Shown: positions 14,401 through 29,400 of the stretch, piece after piece
Layout: every line of letters starts with the position of its first letter
Position numbering within the stretch: position 1 is the stretch's first letter
Notes under the pieces: generated by a model
Databases searched by the model: none
What the model was told of the DNA's origin: nothing
The model's input: only the letters and a program-made list of their open reading frames with translations
Program-made: the position numbers and the translations under genes
NCBI GenBank assembly: GCA_024704765.1
Contig: JAKMXF010000310.1
Coordinates: 931,999 to 995,998, forward strand
Length of the DNA: 64,000 nt
Source of the DNA: Oopsacas minuta
Lineage: Eukaryota > Animalia > Porifera
Direction: 5' to 3'

Positions 14401-17400
14401 AGCTGAATATTTTCACAGCTCATTTGTAACTCTTCATCACTTAGTATACAAGTTGGAATGCTAATTCTGATTAATGTTTCTGATAGAGGATGAGTGTCAT
14501 TATCAATTACTTCAATTGTTGAACCCAATTCTAACTCTGCACCTTCTTCAGTGAACAGGAACTCACTAACAAGAGAAATAACTAAAGGAGGATTGTCATC
14601 TGCATCAGTAATTTGGATTGATATCGTTGTCTCTCCAGTCAACTGAAGAATCCCTCCATCAACTGCAAATATTAAGAAAACTACACTCGATACAATCTCA
14701 AAGTCAAACATTTGCTCTAGAGTGAGAGATCCATTGACAGAATCAACGGAAAAGTACCTATTTGCTATTGGATCGTCAATAAAGTAAGAAATTCCACTTA
14801 TTCCAGGATCTGGGTCTACTGCTGTAACCTGTAACAATTCTGTACCTAACTCTGTGTTCTCACTAACAGTAACAGAGAAATTACTAGGGAATGAAGGAGC
14901 GTTGTCATTTTCATTAATCACATAGATTAATACCTGAGCATGAGAAGTGAAGACACCATCTGTAACTTGAAGAGACAGGTTATAGAATATTTCATCTTCA
15001 TAATCCAAAGGTTGTCTGCTACGTATCAGTCCAGTCCTTGTATCTAGTAGAAAAGGAAATACTGGCTCAACCAAACTGTACCGGAGTACATCATTATCAG
15101 CATCAGTAGCAAAAAATATTTGGGAGAAATTAGAATTCTCTAGTTGTTGAAAGCTAAATTCATCTTGAGTAAATAATGGAGCATTATCGTTGGCAGGAAG
15201 AACTAGTATAACAAGAGAAATGTTAGAAGTTAGAGGAGGAGTCCCGCTATCTTTAGCAAAGACAATTAAATCAAATCGAGTCTTATTCTCGAAGTCTAAA
15301 GATCGGGTAATAGTTAATTCTCCAGTAGAAGGGTGTAGGGAGAAGATATTGGAGAAGAGCTGATAGGATAGTAGACCATTAGCACCAAAATCACGGTCAG
15401 AGGCAGTAATGGAGCCAATTACTGATTGAGGAGAGGCATTTTCCAATACCTAATACAAATATAAGTAACTAGATAAAAATTAATATTTATAAGAAGTTAT
15501 GGCATCAGAACCTAGTATTAAAATGTGACAAAGTACGTATATTCTACTACGGTAGTAAGTAACTATCGGTATAATAGGACACATTAGAAGTCATATATCA
15601 GATGATTTCCATCTACATTACAAACTATTACATAAGAAGTAATAATATTATAAATTAATATATTGTTATTCTATATTCATAACTTTACTTTTGATTTCTA
15701 AGGTCTTAGCCTGCTATGGTAAGGTTTTGTTGGGTTTAGTATCTAAGTGAGTAATCCCTAATTAAGCAAATTGATAGTTTAAGACGAAGTGTAGCCTATG
15801 TTTAACTACCATCATATTTATCAAAAATTTTAAGAAGTTACCTCAAAAGTAAAATGATCAGCTGAAGGAGGCAGATTGAACCTGGGGAAATTGTCATTAA
15901 CATCTGTGAGAAGAATTAAGATTGATACCAAACTGCTGAGTGAGGGACTTCCCAGATCACTCGCTATGATAGTGAAATTATAAAACGATGTATCCTCTCT
16001 ATCTAGAACTTGAGTAGTGGAGACCACACCAGATTGAATGCTGATCTGGAAAGGTAGAGAACTTCCAGGGCTTGAAGCAAGAGAGTATTGGATTTCACCT
16101 CTATTCCCTGTAGAGCAGTAAATAAAGCAGTAATATAACTAATATCCTTAGAATAAACATATGCTAGAGCAGTGCTTCTCAAACTTTTCTATGTCTTGGC
16201 CCCAAAATTTCTTCATCACAATTCCATGGACCCCTGCTTTTTGGTCTCATTTTTGTAAATATAATTTGTTATTATTATTGTATTATATCAATGTTACCAA
16301 TTAACTCATCTTCATCAGATCCCGAAATGTCTTGACAATCTGTATAGAGTCTATTACTCTTTGTTAGGTAAGTATCCAATTGTCGTCGCTTTCGTTTGGC
16401 CATAAATATTTTTCTCAACGATACCAAATTAATAACTATAATCCATAATATTAAATCTCAATTGTTATTTGTTTGTTTGTTTGTCTGTTTTCAGTGAAAA
16501 GATTTACGGTATACAATTTTGAAATTCTCGCATAACTATGTATTCATCGTGTTAATCAGGGAAGTAAATAGAATTGGATAAAACTTAAATATATCGAACA
16601 GCCTGAACCCAATTTTCACACTTTTGGATTAATCATATTTAAATTTATTGTTGTCTTTATGAATATAAAGTAAACAAATTATCCAGATCTCAAAATATAC
16701 GTACAGGCTTTGGATTTTACATAGAAATGTATGAAAATATGATTAATAAACCAAAAAGGTGTGGAAATAAATCTACACAATAAAATATTACATATACTTA
16801 CTAAGAAAATAAACCATTTTAGACTGAGCCACTATCTATTATAGTCGGCACAGTAATAATTCACAAATCAACAAAGAAGCAGAGTTTGAAACAAATTCCG
16901 AAAATGATTTTAGGACAATTTCCGAAAATAGTCCTAGGACCAATTACCATATTACATAGACAGATAATCACTATAGTAAAATTTAATGTGGAGAGAAGTA
17001 TAAATATCCCAGGAGTCTCACCTGAATCTGCATCTGTAGCATTTACAACCCTAACAGTGTATCCAATAGGGACATTTTCCGACACCTGAACAGTAAACGA
17101 GGTTTCTGAAAATATCGGTTGGTTGTCATTCTCATCCAATACGATAATATCAACTTGAGCAGATGATATCAATGGATTGATAGGGTCACTGTCTGTAACG
17201 AATACCTCAAACCTGTATTCCTGAATGAATTCAGCATCTAGCATTAGTGTGCTAAATATCTCTCCAGTAATCTCATTAATCCGAAAAGGAGATGTGATAC
17301 TTAGAGAGAACACTAATTCTGTGAAAGTGAAAAGATCCATATCATCACCAAAAACCTGTAGTATGGGTTGAATCCCGATTTCGTCTGTCTCATTTATATA

Positions 17401-20400
17401 ACCTAACAGATAGATAAAAAATATAAATAGATTGTGAAGAATAATACAAAATAGGTCATTAGGTGTATAATTATAACCTCACTCTTACGCTTTAAGTTAT
17501 AAGTAAAATGAACTCCCGGTATATCGAAACTCAAGGGATGGCGATAATTAATTCGAAGTAAGTTATGTTCGAAATACAGATGTAATTTATGTCATTTTAA
17601 CGGCTAATTAGGAGCCATATTTGAACAATTTCAGAAATCGATATAAGCAGGTATTTCGATACATCCGTGCTAAATATTACGGGAGTTAACTGTATTTTCC
17701 ATAGTCTAATAATGAATAAAATACTAGTAAGCTTCGTTTATTAGATCGCTTACAGCTTAGTGCCTCAGGCTAGCTTAAGCACTAAACAACTATGATTTAA
17801 ATTTCAAACATTTTCATGTATATTGGCTGAGCAGTGGTTAATAATTTGATTTTCGAAAATCCACAATGGTGGCAATGACGTCATAATTTCGTCATATGTG
17901 TGAATTTTCGCCCAAGACTCGAAATTGTCCCAGCCAGGCCCAAAAATACCCTGTATACGAAATATCAGCCCCTGGGGGTCCTCCAGTTCCTTCAATCAAT
18001 TCTGGACATACAAATGTATATATGTATATACGAGTATAAATATCATAAATATTGGTCACTTGTCTTGAAGGCAATTTTTCTAATATCACCACTATTAACA
18101 TAAAGTTACTACCACGCTATTGTAGACGGTGAACCTCTCTATAGCGGTCAACTGTATATAATGGTCACTTTTGGCCAGTTCCCTCGGTGGCCGTTATAGA
18201 CAAGTATGACTATATGGTATATACATATTAATTACGTATAATAGTGTAGCTAAAGATATGTAAATATATATACATAGTATCATGCCCACAGCACACTCAT
18301 CTTAGATAATGACTAGGGCTTACAATCCGAAAATGCTACTGTACTAATTAAATAAGATCAAGTGATAAATCATGACCTTTGAATTAATATTATAAAATTT
18401 TAACAAGGTTAAAACTGAGAAGTTCAGTATCGGGTGTCAATCGAATATGAGTATGTATTCGCTATTCGTATTGAGTAATCGAATAGTATCAGAATTGGGT
18501 TATTCAGCTATTCATGAATACTGATAGTATTCGACTCTATTTATAAGTTTTAAAATCGCTCGATTTGAGCGATTTTAAAACTTGCATATACGTAGAAAAC
18601 AATTACCTGAAGGCCGAAACCAATATACAATGTTACCATTTTGTATTCTTAATAATTAAGTAAACACTCGTTATAACGATTTGGAACCAGGTATTATTCC
18701 TTTATCAGAGGTATTATATTTCGTTGTAACCGGAATAAAATCTATTACTTTTACTGATAGTAGGTAAATATCAGTTTGTTATAACTGGAGTTTCGTATAT
18801 CCGACTTATTAATCACATTTATTACTGTGCCGACTATACTTTAGTATAGTGGCCCAGTATTGAAATGGTTGCCTATATTATTTATTTATTTTATTCTCCG
18901 TAAGCTCCCTGCAGCCAAAACTAGATAGAATTAAGGTGATATATGGTGTGAGAAATAATGAAGATATTCGTCGTGTGTGCTTCTCCCCTTTGCTAATCAA
19001 TCGGACACAAAGTGCCACTATTTCACACTGGTCAAACATTTGTCTGGCCTCTAGCACAAAATTATGAAAGGAAAGGTGCCAAATTTTTCACACCTTTCGA
19101 AAGAGAAATAATACAAAATTACAACCTGTACCGACAGCTTAATCTATTAAATTCAATTTGTTTAAAAAGTGGCACTATTAATTGGGGGCATTATGTGCAT
19201 TGAGATTAAACCTAACCTTTCATAGTGCGCCCAATTAATAGTGCCACTTTTTAAACAAATTGAATTTAATAGATTAAGCTGTCGACACAGGTTTCAATTT
19301 TGTATTTTTTTAAATAGACATAGTTAAACTCTTGCATATGAGAAAATTTTATCTACTATTTACTGCAGTTGTGTATTCTTGTGTAATCCCACTTAATTAT
19401 CCGATGCTGCTAATCATTTATCGGATTGGATCAATCAATAATCTCATTGTTCAATCAATATACCACGATATTTTTATCATGCGACATCATAAATATATAA
19501 TACTCTAAACATGACTACTTCACAATCTCTCCCACGTGGTGATAAAACGAAAACGGCTTATTGCTGCTCATGAAGCAGGCATTAGCTACCAGAAAATGAG
19601 TGAACTGTATGGTGTAAAGAAAGACACTGCTTATCGCATATGTAGTCAAAGAAATATGAATTAAATCCTAGGTCGTTCAAAATTAAGAATTCTTGGTGAA
19701 GACTCAATGCAATTTTTATTCTAAGATATTGGCAAATGCCAGATGTTACATTATCTGAAAAGAAACATATGTTGCATGTTTATAAAGGAATCTATGCCTC
19801 TATCAGCACCATTGCCGATATCTTGAGGGTCGATTGCATACAGTGAAGAAATTAGAATCGATCCCAATCAACAGAAATAAGATCGCAATTAAAGAAGCAA
19901 GACGAGATCATACAATCTGGCTCAAAGTCAACATGAGTCAGGAGGCCGATTCTGTTATGTAGACAGTGGCGGCGCTAGAGTGAAAAGAGCGATGGGGCCA
20001 GGCGAGGTAAGACAAAAATCGGGTGGGGCAATTTATTGAATAAATCTGTATTCAAAAATCTATGACTAGTTCACCATGACTGCATACTATAATCATACTC
20101 TTCACGAGGTTGTAAAAGTCCTCATGAAGGACTCCACTGTCAACATAACGCAAACAAATGGATAGCTGCTCTTCTTTTCCGACATCTTCCATTTCATCGC
20201 ACATGATAGCGAAGTATTTCAATGACTTTAGATTGGAAAGGATGTCGGTACGGACAGACTTTACTAGTAGAGAGAGCAGCTGGTCCTGGATTGAGTGATG
20301 AGTGTACTGTGCATGACAAGAACCGCTCATGAGCTTCTTCTTTATGATAGGATCATGGATAGCGTAGGACGAGAGGATCTCAAGGAAGTTACCTTTATTG

Positions 20401-23400
20401 CGATTTCCGCAGTCAAAATCGAGCTCCACGAGTCTCCCGACGAATCTACGAGGCATCTCTCGCGGTGACCTCGCAGACCCATATCCTGAACGCTGCAGAG
20501 AACGACGACCTGGGCAACAGTCTTGATGTAGTGGCGGTTATCTAAGATGTCCTGTCTTGAAATTGCCGCCATTTTTGTGATGATACTGCCACTCCGCACA
20601 CTCTCCTGGAAACTACACCACTTCACAAAAGCTTCGATGTGAGCCTCGGAAGTCTCATATAACTTAACATGTATATATATTAGTTATATTGAATTATTTC
20701 AGTCAAAAATTTAAATTCGCATTAAAATATTACCCAATAAATAACAAGTGGTTTACTGCAAAGGAGCACACAATCAGCTACAACATTTGAAATATTCGGT
20801 ACGAGTTGACTAGGCCCCCGATCCCCAAATGCGTCTTGTATATTCTGTATATTGAATTCGTTTCAAATAAATGAATGATTCCATCAGATCATTGTTTGCT
20901 GAATCGGGTAATTGAATAGGAAATACAATAATGTCGGACTTTCGGGATTGAAAATCGAGAATGGGTTAAACAAATAAATCCCGGAGGAGAAATGGATCGG
21001 GATTCCGGGATTATAAGCCCTAATAATGACTATATTCAATGTATGTAACATATAGTTATAGAACCAAGACAAATCAATCGATTCTACTTACCTATGTACT
21101 TATCTTGGGAGAAAATGGGCGGATTATCATTCAAATTGATTACTTCAATGTTGGTATAAGCCTTATTGCTAGACATCTTAGGCATATCTAATTCCTTATT
21201 AAAAGCTTGTATTGATAATATCCTAGTTCCGGGGGTAGGTTCATTCTGAGTATTCTCATACTTTATTTCCTTCAGGAAGTTTAGGTAATTAATAAGTGTG
21301 GTGTTCCCAATCAACTGATAGGAAACAGAAGAGAGATTTCTACCCATTGTTACGGTGATCAATTCAGAATGTGAAAAAAGTAGAGTTTCGAATTCTCCAT
21401 CGCTGACGCCTGATATTTCAAGTAATACTGAAGAGAGATAAATACTATCAAGGTCGATCAGTGTAGCATTATCTGAAACTACCTACAACAACGCAAAGAT
21501 TATAAAGATATTAGAAGTTAGAACAATCTTGAAATTTGTGTACATATTGCAAAAACCATCGATTTGATTAGTTTCAAATCTATAATCAACTTCCGTTATA
21601 AGAACTGGATACACGTAATCTACATATACGAAATACCCTTATAATTACATCATAGTAGTTTGATATAACAAGAGTTGACTGTATCTCGGTTGATTTTAAA
21701 AATGAGGGTGCAGGCGTCCGCGGCTGGCACAGTGAGCTATTTGTGGGAAGTCGATCATTTTTCATGTCCCTGGAGAACAATTATTTTCGTATTCCGCATT
21801 GTTCATTACTTAGAAATCTAAATCATAGAAGTCATTGGACTTCAGTTTCTATAATAGTTTGTCAGTTAATGTGAGACACAATATAAAATACAGTAGACTC
21901 CGCTCAATAGAGGCAGAGTTAAACAGGTCAACTTGGTTATCGGGTCACTTGGCCAGAAACATAACTATACAAATAGTGTTAAACCACTCCGGTTAATCGG
22001 GCTAAAATGAAATGGTTCCGAAGTGACATTATCATGCAGAGTCTACGCTATATTTATTGAGAGCCGTAGTTACTCAAATTCAAATTCAATTTCAATACTG
22101 ACATTGTGTTTCATAGTATTTAAAACTTGCGCCATATAGGCGGAATCTTAAACTCTTCGCACGAACCAAAAAAGTGGCAAACTGGAACTAAAATTACACC
22201 AAATGACTCAGCAATATTGAAAAGAACCTAAATTTAACATTATCAATAAATACAATTATTATTAGTGCAAATATACCATTATTGGAGCAGAATTCTCATA
22301 GAATGTAGCATTGAAGTTACTACTCGGTATATTGGGACCATTCAAATCCAATACTGGAGGTGTATCTACATCTGAGAAACAAATAAGAGTAATATGTGAC
22401 TCAGAAACTCCATCTTGTGAATCTGTAACAAGTAATTCGATTGATTCAATTGGCGTGTCTGTTGGAGTTAATCGGTTGTTTGAATAAGTAGTAGACCTCA
22501 GCACATTTAAGTATGATTCAATTGATATGTCAGGGCTATCAGGGTGTGCTGATAAAGTAATTATAGTGCTGGTTTCATTTATAAGGAAGAGGCTAAAGTT
22601 GTAGGTGAGAGAGATCTGTGACTTGACTGAGTGAGTGATCGATACAAATCTGAGTGTAGCATCATCAGCATCTAGGATAAAGGAATTAAGTAGAATTGTG
22701 ACGTAATATGTATGACTATAATTATCAGTTTGTGTGAGACAGAATTCTCGACAATTAGTTGCGCTGCCCTGGATATATATTACCAACATTATCTAATACA
22801 AATCCTCTGGATTTCGAGTTCCAGAGGATTGAGTGCAAAATTCATTGAAAAAATATTCTCTAAAGCAATTTTAAACTGTTTTGTTAAAATATTAGTTAGT
22901 AATTATAACCACGTTCAGGAAGAAATGAGAGAATTTATAAATAAATAGCTTCATCATTCATTCATAATAGTGTTGGCAAACATATGTAAAAGAAATAGGT
23001 ACCTCTGATCAGAAGATTCAGCCACAAAAGAAGGTTGCCCTGTCCCTCAGAATAGGAGAACTTCTGGTCGGGTGAAATAATGGGAATGTCGTTAATAAAT
23101 ACAAAGCTTACAAATGATGTCATAACTTCAGAAGTGAAAATGTCATCATAAACATAAAATGCGATTGTGCGGCCTAATCCATTGGGCTGTTCTGCGTCGT
23201 TACTATATCTAAAAATAATGAAGATAAAATATAAGATATGAACTAATCTAAACGAGGGAGGTATCGGATTACGATTAGAGATTATAAATTCCGGCTGGAT
23301 CTGGATTATTCTTGATACCCAGCTACCAATTACCACTAGATGGGAATTAATATAATTCTGCTCAAACCAATTCAAGATGCAAGTTGTGGTAATTGCGAAA

Positions 23401-26400
23401 CAACCCTAAAGCAGGTGATGTGTAGTCGCCTTACGTCGTAAAGCGACCTAGCAAGCGAAGTGGAGTAGTAATCCAATAAAAACAATATATCAACAAGAGA
23501 AATCTTAAAAATAGTTTCAACTTTATGTCAATACCTTTATTCTTAAACAAATTTGATCAAATTAATAAAATATGCTCGGGTACAAGACAGTAAAAATAAT
23601 TAACAGTAACAAATCACGCCAATTCTTCATACATAAAATAATTAAATCAAACCTAATAGATCGAAGAAGCCCCTGATAAATGTCAATAGATGCTGTTCCA
23701 GAAAATTCAAGTCTGATATATCTACTAATATTGAAGTTTTGAGGATGTCTCAATCTGAGGCTAGAATTAACTTCAATAGAAGGGGAGAGAAGAGAGAAGG
23801 TAAGATATTCTTCAGTAGTGGATAATTCAGCGTTGAAATCTAACGGATCGGAGATATAGACAGTAGCTCCTTGGATACGAGGAGAAGAACCAATGTCAGC
23901 ATCAGAAATGCTTAAATTTGTACTTGCAACTGAGATTGGGTTACCATTTTCTAAATTGATAAGACATAAATAAGATCACAAAATCTATATTTTAACACAG
24001 AATTAATCTATATATATGTATACGTGGGGACGCTGCATTTTTCAGAATTTCGAGTTCTGACTTTGTCAGAATGATTTTTACTGTGCTCTGATTTGGGAGA
24101 ATCATTTTTGCATTTTGATTTAAAGCTAGGACGGGATCATGACGGGATATTTCTTGGATTAGCTATCAATTTGGTTATATGAGTAGTTAATCGGGGATTT
24201 GAATACGAACTAAATGGTGATCGGATGGTTTCTTCTATTTGTTATATCATGGTCTGGAGTGTGAGATATGATGTTTTAAATGAAGGAGAAAAAGAACACA
24301 GGGTTTTTAACTGTCATTAGTGTTGTTGGAACCGACTGTTGGTGTGTCTAAGTGCTTTTATCTATCGAGAAACTGGGATCAGGGATTTTTTCTAATTTTA
24401 CTCGGTTCTAACTGTGTTTCTTTGTTTTATAGAAAAACCATATTTTCTAAAACATTAAACTACTAAATAGTGTCGAAACTAAATGCAAAAACAATACTCC
24501 CAAATCGGAGCATAATAAACTCGATAATTACCATTTTTACAAAGTCAGAACTCGATAGAAACAATTCTAACAAACGCAGGCGCCCCGTGTATGTTTGTAT
24601 GCCAGAAGACCCCTATTGCTGATTTTTGGTATACAGGGGTACTTTAGGCCTGGCTGGGCCATTTCGAGTATAGGACGAAAATTCACACTATGAGGAGATT
24701 ATGACGTCATTGTCACTTTTTCGATTTTTGAAGAATCACAGGTACCGCTCAATGTGACAAATGTCCTGACGTCATGATTCTGACCAAATGCAAACTTATC
24801 ATGGGTTTATTACGTTATCATGTCTATACAAAAATTTCTTAGTACCCAAGGCACGAAATGCCGAGATTGCTAACCAAATGCCAAGTAGCAGCTCCAGTAT
24901 TACCACAGAAGGGTACTAAATGCAATTGGATAGACCATGTATAATACAAAATAAAATTTCCGCAAAAAACTATGCTATAGACACGTACGACCCAGACCAT
25001 CAAGAAATTTAGCTATTTATGACTTCAGTTGACTTGTGGCACTAAGCTGTCGCGCAGCGACCTAGCAAGCGAAGCGGGCTAGTGATTAAACAAATCTGAA
25101 AGAAATATAGATCATGTTTCTAATCTCCGCCAGTTAAAACTTTTATCCTATGGAAAAGTATATCTTAAGTTTTAACAATTTAAGGATATTTCGTAGCTTA
25201 GGGTCTACTATCCAAGATTAGCAGCCGCTGGAATATGAAAAGGAAAATATAAAAAATAAGCTTAAAGGAGTGAAAATACGAGTAAATATTTGAAATTGGT
25301 AGATATAGGGTTGATGATGCTATTATTATTATTATGCCATAATTTATCACCAGATAATTCTAGATTTTGAAGACACAACCACAAAAGTACGTAGCATTTT
25401 GTGAGATAAAGTAGTTAGTTATAATTTTTTGGGAAGTAGGTATACTTACCAATGAAATCCGTAAGAAAGGGTGAACTACTGCCAGAAATATTAAGAATAG
25501 GAATATTATCGTTTATATATTGAGGTATAAAGGATAGAGTAACAATGTTAGAAGAAAATGGGCCTGTTGAATCTTGTAAAATAAAGGAAATCGAACGATT
25601 ATTGTCCAATGGTTCAGAAGCTGTATCAGTGTACACAAGATTGGAGAACAGATCACGATAAATAGATGTCGGTGCGGTACCAGTAATCTGAATTGATTTG
25701 GTAGAACTACCGCTTACTGATAGTTCTGTCAGAGAAGAATCTAATGACAGATAGTCAAACACTTCATCACTGCTCTGAATAGATATAGCTGCAGAATCTA
25801 AGGTTGGGTTGGGGTCTGGATCTGTTATGTTAAATATAAATAGTTGAAAATTTAAGTTTTCCTGACCATCTATGAAAGGCAGGGACAGAGGAGCAATTGA
25901 GAGGATAGGGGGGTTGTTATTCACGTCCAACACATGAATCCTAATTGAAGCAGAGTCTAAGAAAGAGCCTGTAGGGTTCGTAACTATTGCAGTTAAGAAG
26001 TAGATCTGTTGTCGGTTAAAGTTTAGTGGAGTGACAATTGAAAGATGACCAGAAACTGAGTCAAGAGAGAAGTCAGAGACACCAAGAAGTTGAAATATAA
26101 GCTCTGAATTGATACCTGTATCCAAATCAGATGCTTGTAAAGTGAGTACAACAGAATTGATAGGCAGGTCCTCTCCAATCGTGATTGTATAATTGTTTGG
26201 ATCGAATACAGGGCTATTGTCATTGACATCGATAACTGTGATATTTATTTGAGTAAATGAGATAGAAGAATTAACTACAATGCTCGTGTCTAATACTGAT
26301 ACTACCAACGAATAGTAAGGTACAGTCTCAAAATCTAAATTAGAAGAGATAAATAATAGTCCGTTGTTATCAATGCTAAATGTTTGGTTAAAGGTGTCTT

Positions 26401-29400
26401 GTAGATAGAAATGAGGTATAGAAGTAGAGTGGGTATCACCATCCGTAAAGAGAATCTGTAAAAGTATTTCCCCAACACTTTCATCCTCAAATACCTCAAT
26501 GGGGGAGATTAATTGTATTGAAGGATGCTGGTCATTTATTGCGATTAGTTCTACATCAGTTGTGGCAGTGAAGAATCCAATGGTATTTGGATCATCAGAT
26601 ATTGAAAGAATAACCAACCTAGTGGAAAGGTCAATAAATTCTGGCAATTGATAAGAGTACCTCAGATTAAGGAGAATATATTGGAAGGAATCCAGAGAAA
26701 CATTTCCATAAAACATTACTTTAACATCGGAGAAATTAACCATATTGATACCGTCAGGAAGTGAGAATTCAGATGAAAACTGGATGATATCTCCTCCAAC
26801 ATCGAATAAATTGACAATTTCTATCAACAACTCCACATTAGAGGGAGGGAAAGAATCTTGATCTATTATCTTAATGTCTGAAGGGACTATGGGAACTGAA
26901 ATACCTTCCTCTATAAACTGTGTGAAGAATGTATCTGGAGAAATGTTTGGTGGAAAATCGTTAATTCCGCTAATTCTGATTAGTGTAGTGACGGTAGCCC
27001 CATTGAGATGTCCATCTTCAAAATCAAATGTTACCACTCTTGTATGTAGATCTGGTTCTGCTGCAATGTTAATATATTTCACAGCTAGCAAGATTGATAT
27101 AAAATCTAAATGAGAGCCAGGGCCAACAAGCAATAGAGAAGTATTACTCGAAATAATACTAATTGATTGAGGAAATTTCATTGGTGAGATAAACAAATAT
27201 TCTTCTGGTTGATCAATAGGATCCCTGATAGTAACTCTGAGTCTAGATACGGTCGTAGTACCTCTATCTGGATCCATAAATGAAATATCAGGGCCAACAA
27301 TTGCTATAGCATTACCATTTTCTATAAATGTAGTTTCAAAGTTTCTACTGATTGTATCGAATCCATCCAAATCTAACAAAGGAGGGAATTGATTGAGGAC
27401 TATAAGCTCGAGAGATATTGAACCTTGGGTAGAATGATCTCCAACATCTGATACTATTAGCGTAATTGTTCTAGGAGTTGGAATTGGGTTATTTATGGTA
27501 TTAACGTAGCTAACAGTTCGTAGTAAGCTAATATAATAACCAATAGATTCAATGCCCATGATAGTTAAGTATTTGCTTCCTAACTGATGAACAATAGAAA
27601 CGTCAGAATTACTAGAAGATTGTTCAATTGTGAGATATTCCAGGCACCCAGGATGACAAGTACCAACATCACATATACACATGTCAGGAAGAGTGCTATT
27701 GAATGATTCAGGAGAGGATAAAAGTAGTCGAGCAGAAGATAAATATTGAAAATTAATATCTTTGTCTAAAATTACTAGATTAGAGAAGATATCCAATGTC
27801 TCTGATCCTTCAGTGAAATTTACGATAGGAAAAATACCAAATAGCTCAGGTGGATTATCATCAGCGTCTTGAATAAAGATAAATACAACACCCGAAATAC
27901 TGTGGTTTAGGCTATCTCGTACTTCAAACAATGAAATAGCCAATATACCTGATTCAATATCTAGAAATTCAATAATAATGTGGCCGGTTGAGTTAATAGT
28001 AAAATTAGAACTGTACGGAATCTTCAAAGAAAATACCAAACGTCCCTCATCTATAGTGTCAACATCGAATACTGGGATAGTAGCAACAACAAAACCTGAA
28101 GGAGCAGCCTCTGATACATTGAATACAAATATATTAATATCATTGGGGAAGCGAGGAGTATTATCGTTGACGTCTAAGACAGTTACTGTGACCGAAGCAA
28201 AGTCAGTCAGCCCTACTGAATCAGATACAGATACATTCAGAAAGTGTAAGTCGATAGATTCTCTGTCAAGTTCAGCTGCACTCAGTTCTCCAGATAGAGA
28301 TAACGAGAATGGCCCTGTGCTAGAAATTATGGAGTAGATTAAATCTGAAGTTCTAACTCGAGATTTATTAGGACAAGTGCCATCTAAGTCATCAGCTGTT
28401 AAGACCAATATAACGCTCATGGGTTCATTCTCTGAGGCACTCGCAAAGAAGTTGGAAGTAGTAAATTGTGGAAATACATCCTCTAGGTTAGAAATAGAAA
28501 TAGTAACAGTAGTAGTAGAAGAAAGCTGTGGTAAACCATTATCTGTTGCAGAAATCAGCAAAATATATTCGCAAGTAAACTCATAATCAAGTGGGACTAT
28601 ATTATAAATTAATCCTAATTTGGGATGAATAGAAAATAAAGATTGAAAATTCAGCAACGCATAGGAGATTTCACTGTTACTGGTTGAATCCCTATCTGAA
28701 GCTGTAATGGTGATAATATTGCTACTAATAGTGTTCTCAGATAGTTCAGCAAAGAAATTAGGTTCACTAAATAATGGAAAATTATCATTCGTGTCGTTAA
28801 CATCAATGGTAACTATGACAGAACTATTCAATGAAGAATTCCCAAGATCATAAGCAATTACATCCAAACCGTATTGAGGGACGAACTCGTGATCAATGCT
28901 CCCCGAAACTGTGATACTACCAGACACAGCATCAATCAAGAATGGGACATTTTCTGGTGATGAAACAACATATCTAACTATCTTGTTAATACCAGCATCT
29001 AAATCAGTTGCTTGTAACGTAATTACACTGGTGTTGAGTGGAGAATTTTCAGGAACAAAAGCTGAATAAGATGATTGATTAAATGATGGGGGATTATCAT
29101 TTTCATCTAGAACAACTATCATGACCGTCACAAATCCGGTAAATCCTTGAGTACCATTGAATCCTCCAAAATCGATCGCTAATCCCACCAAATTGTGTAC
29201 AGCAACAGTTTCTCTATCTAACCCGTCAGGACCAGTGTAGATATCACCAGTATTTTCATCAATAGTGAATTGATCTGAACCCAATAACTGGTAGATAACA
29301 ACTGAATTCAGAGCAATATCATTGTCTGTAGCTTTGAGAGTGAGCACGTATGAGTTCGGAAGGTTTTCAGGAAAATTTACTGATACTAAGCTGGGCATGA

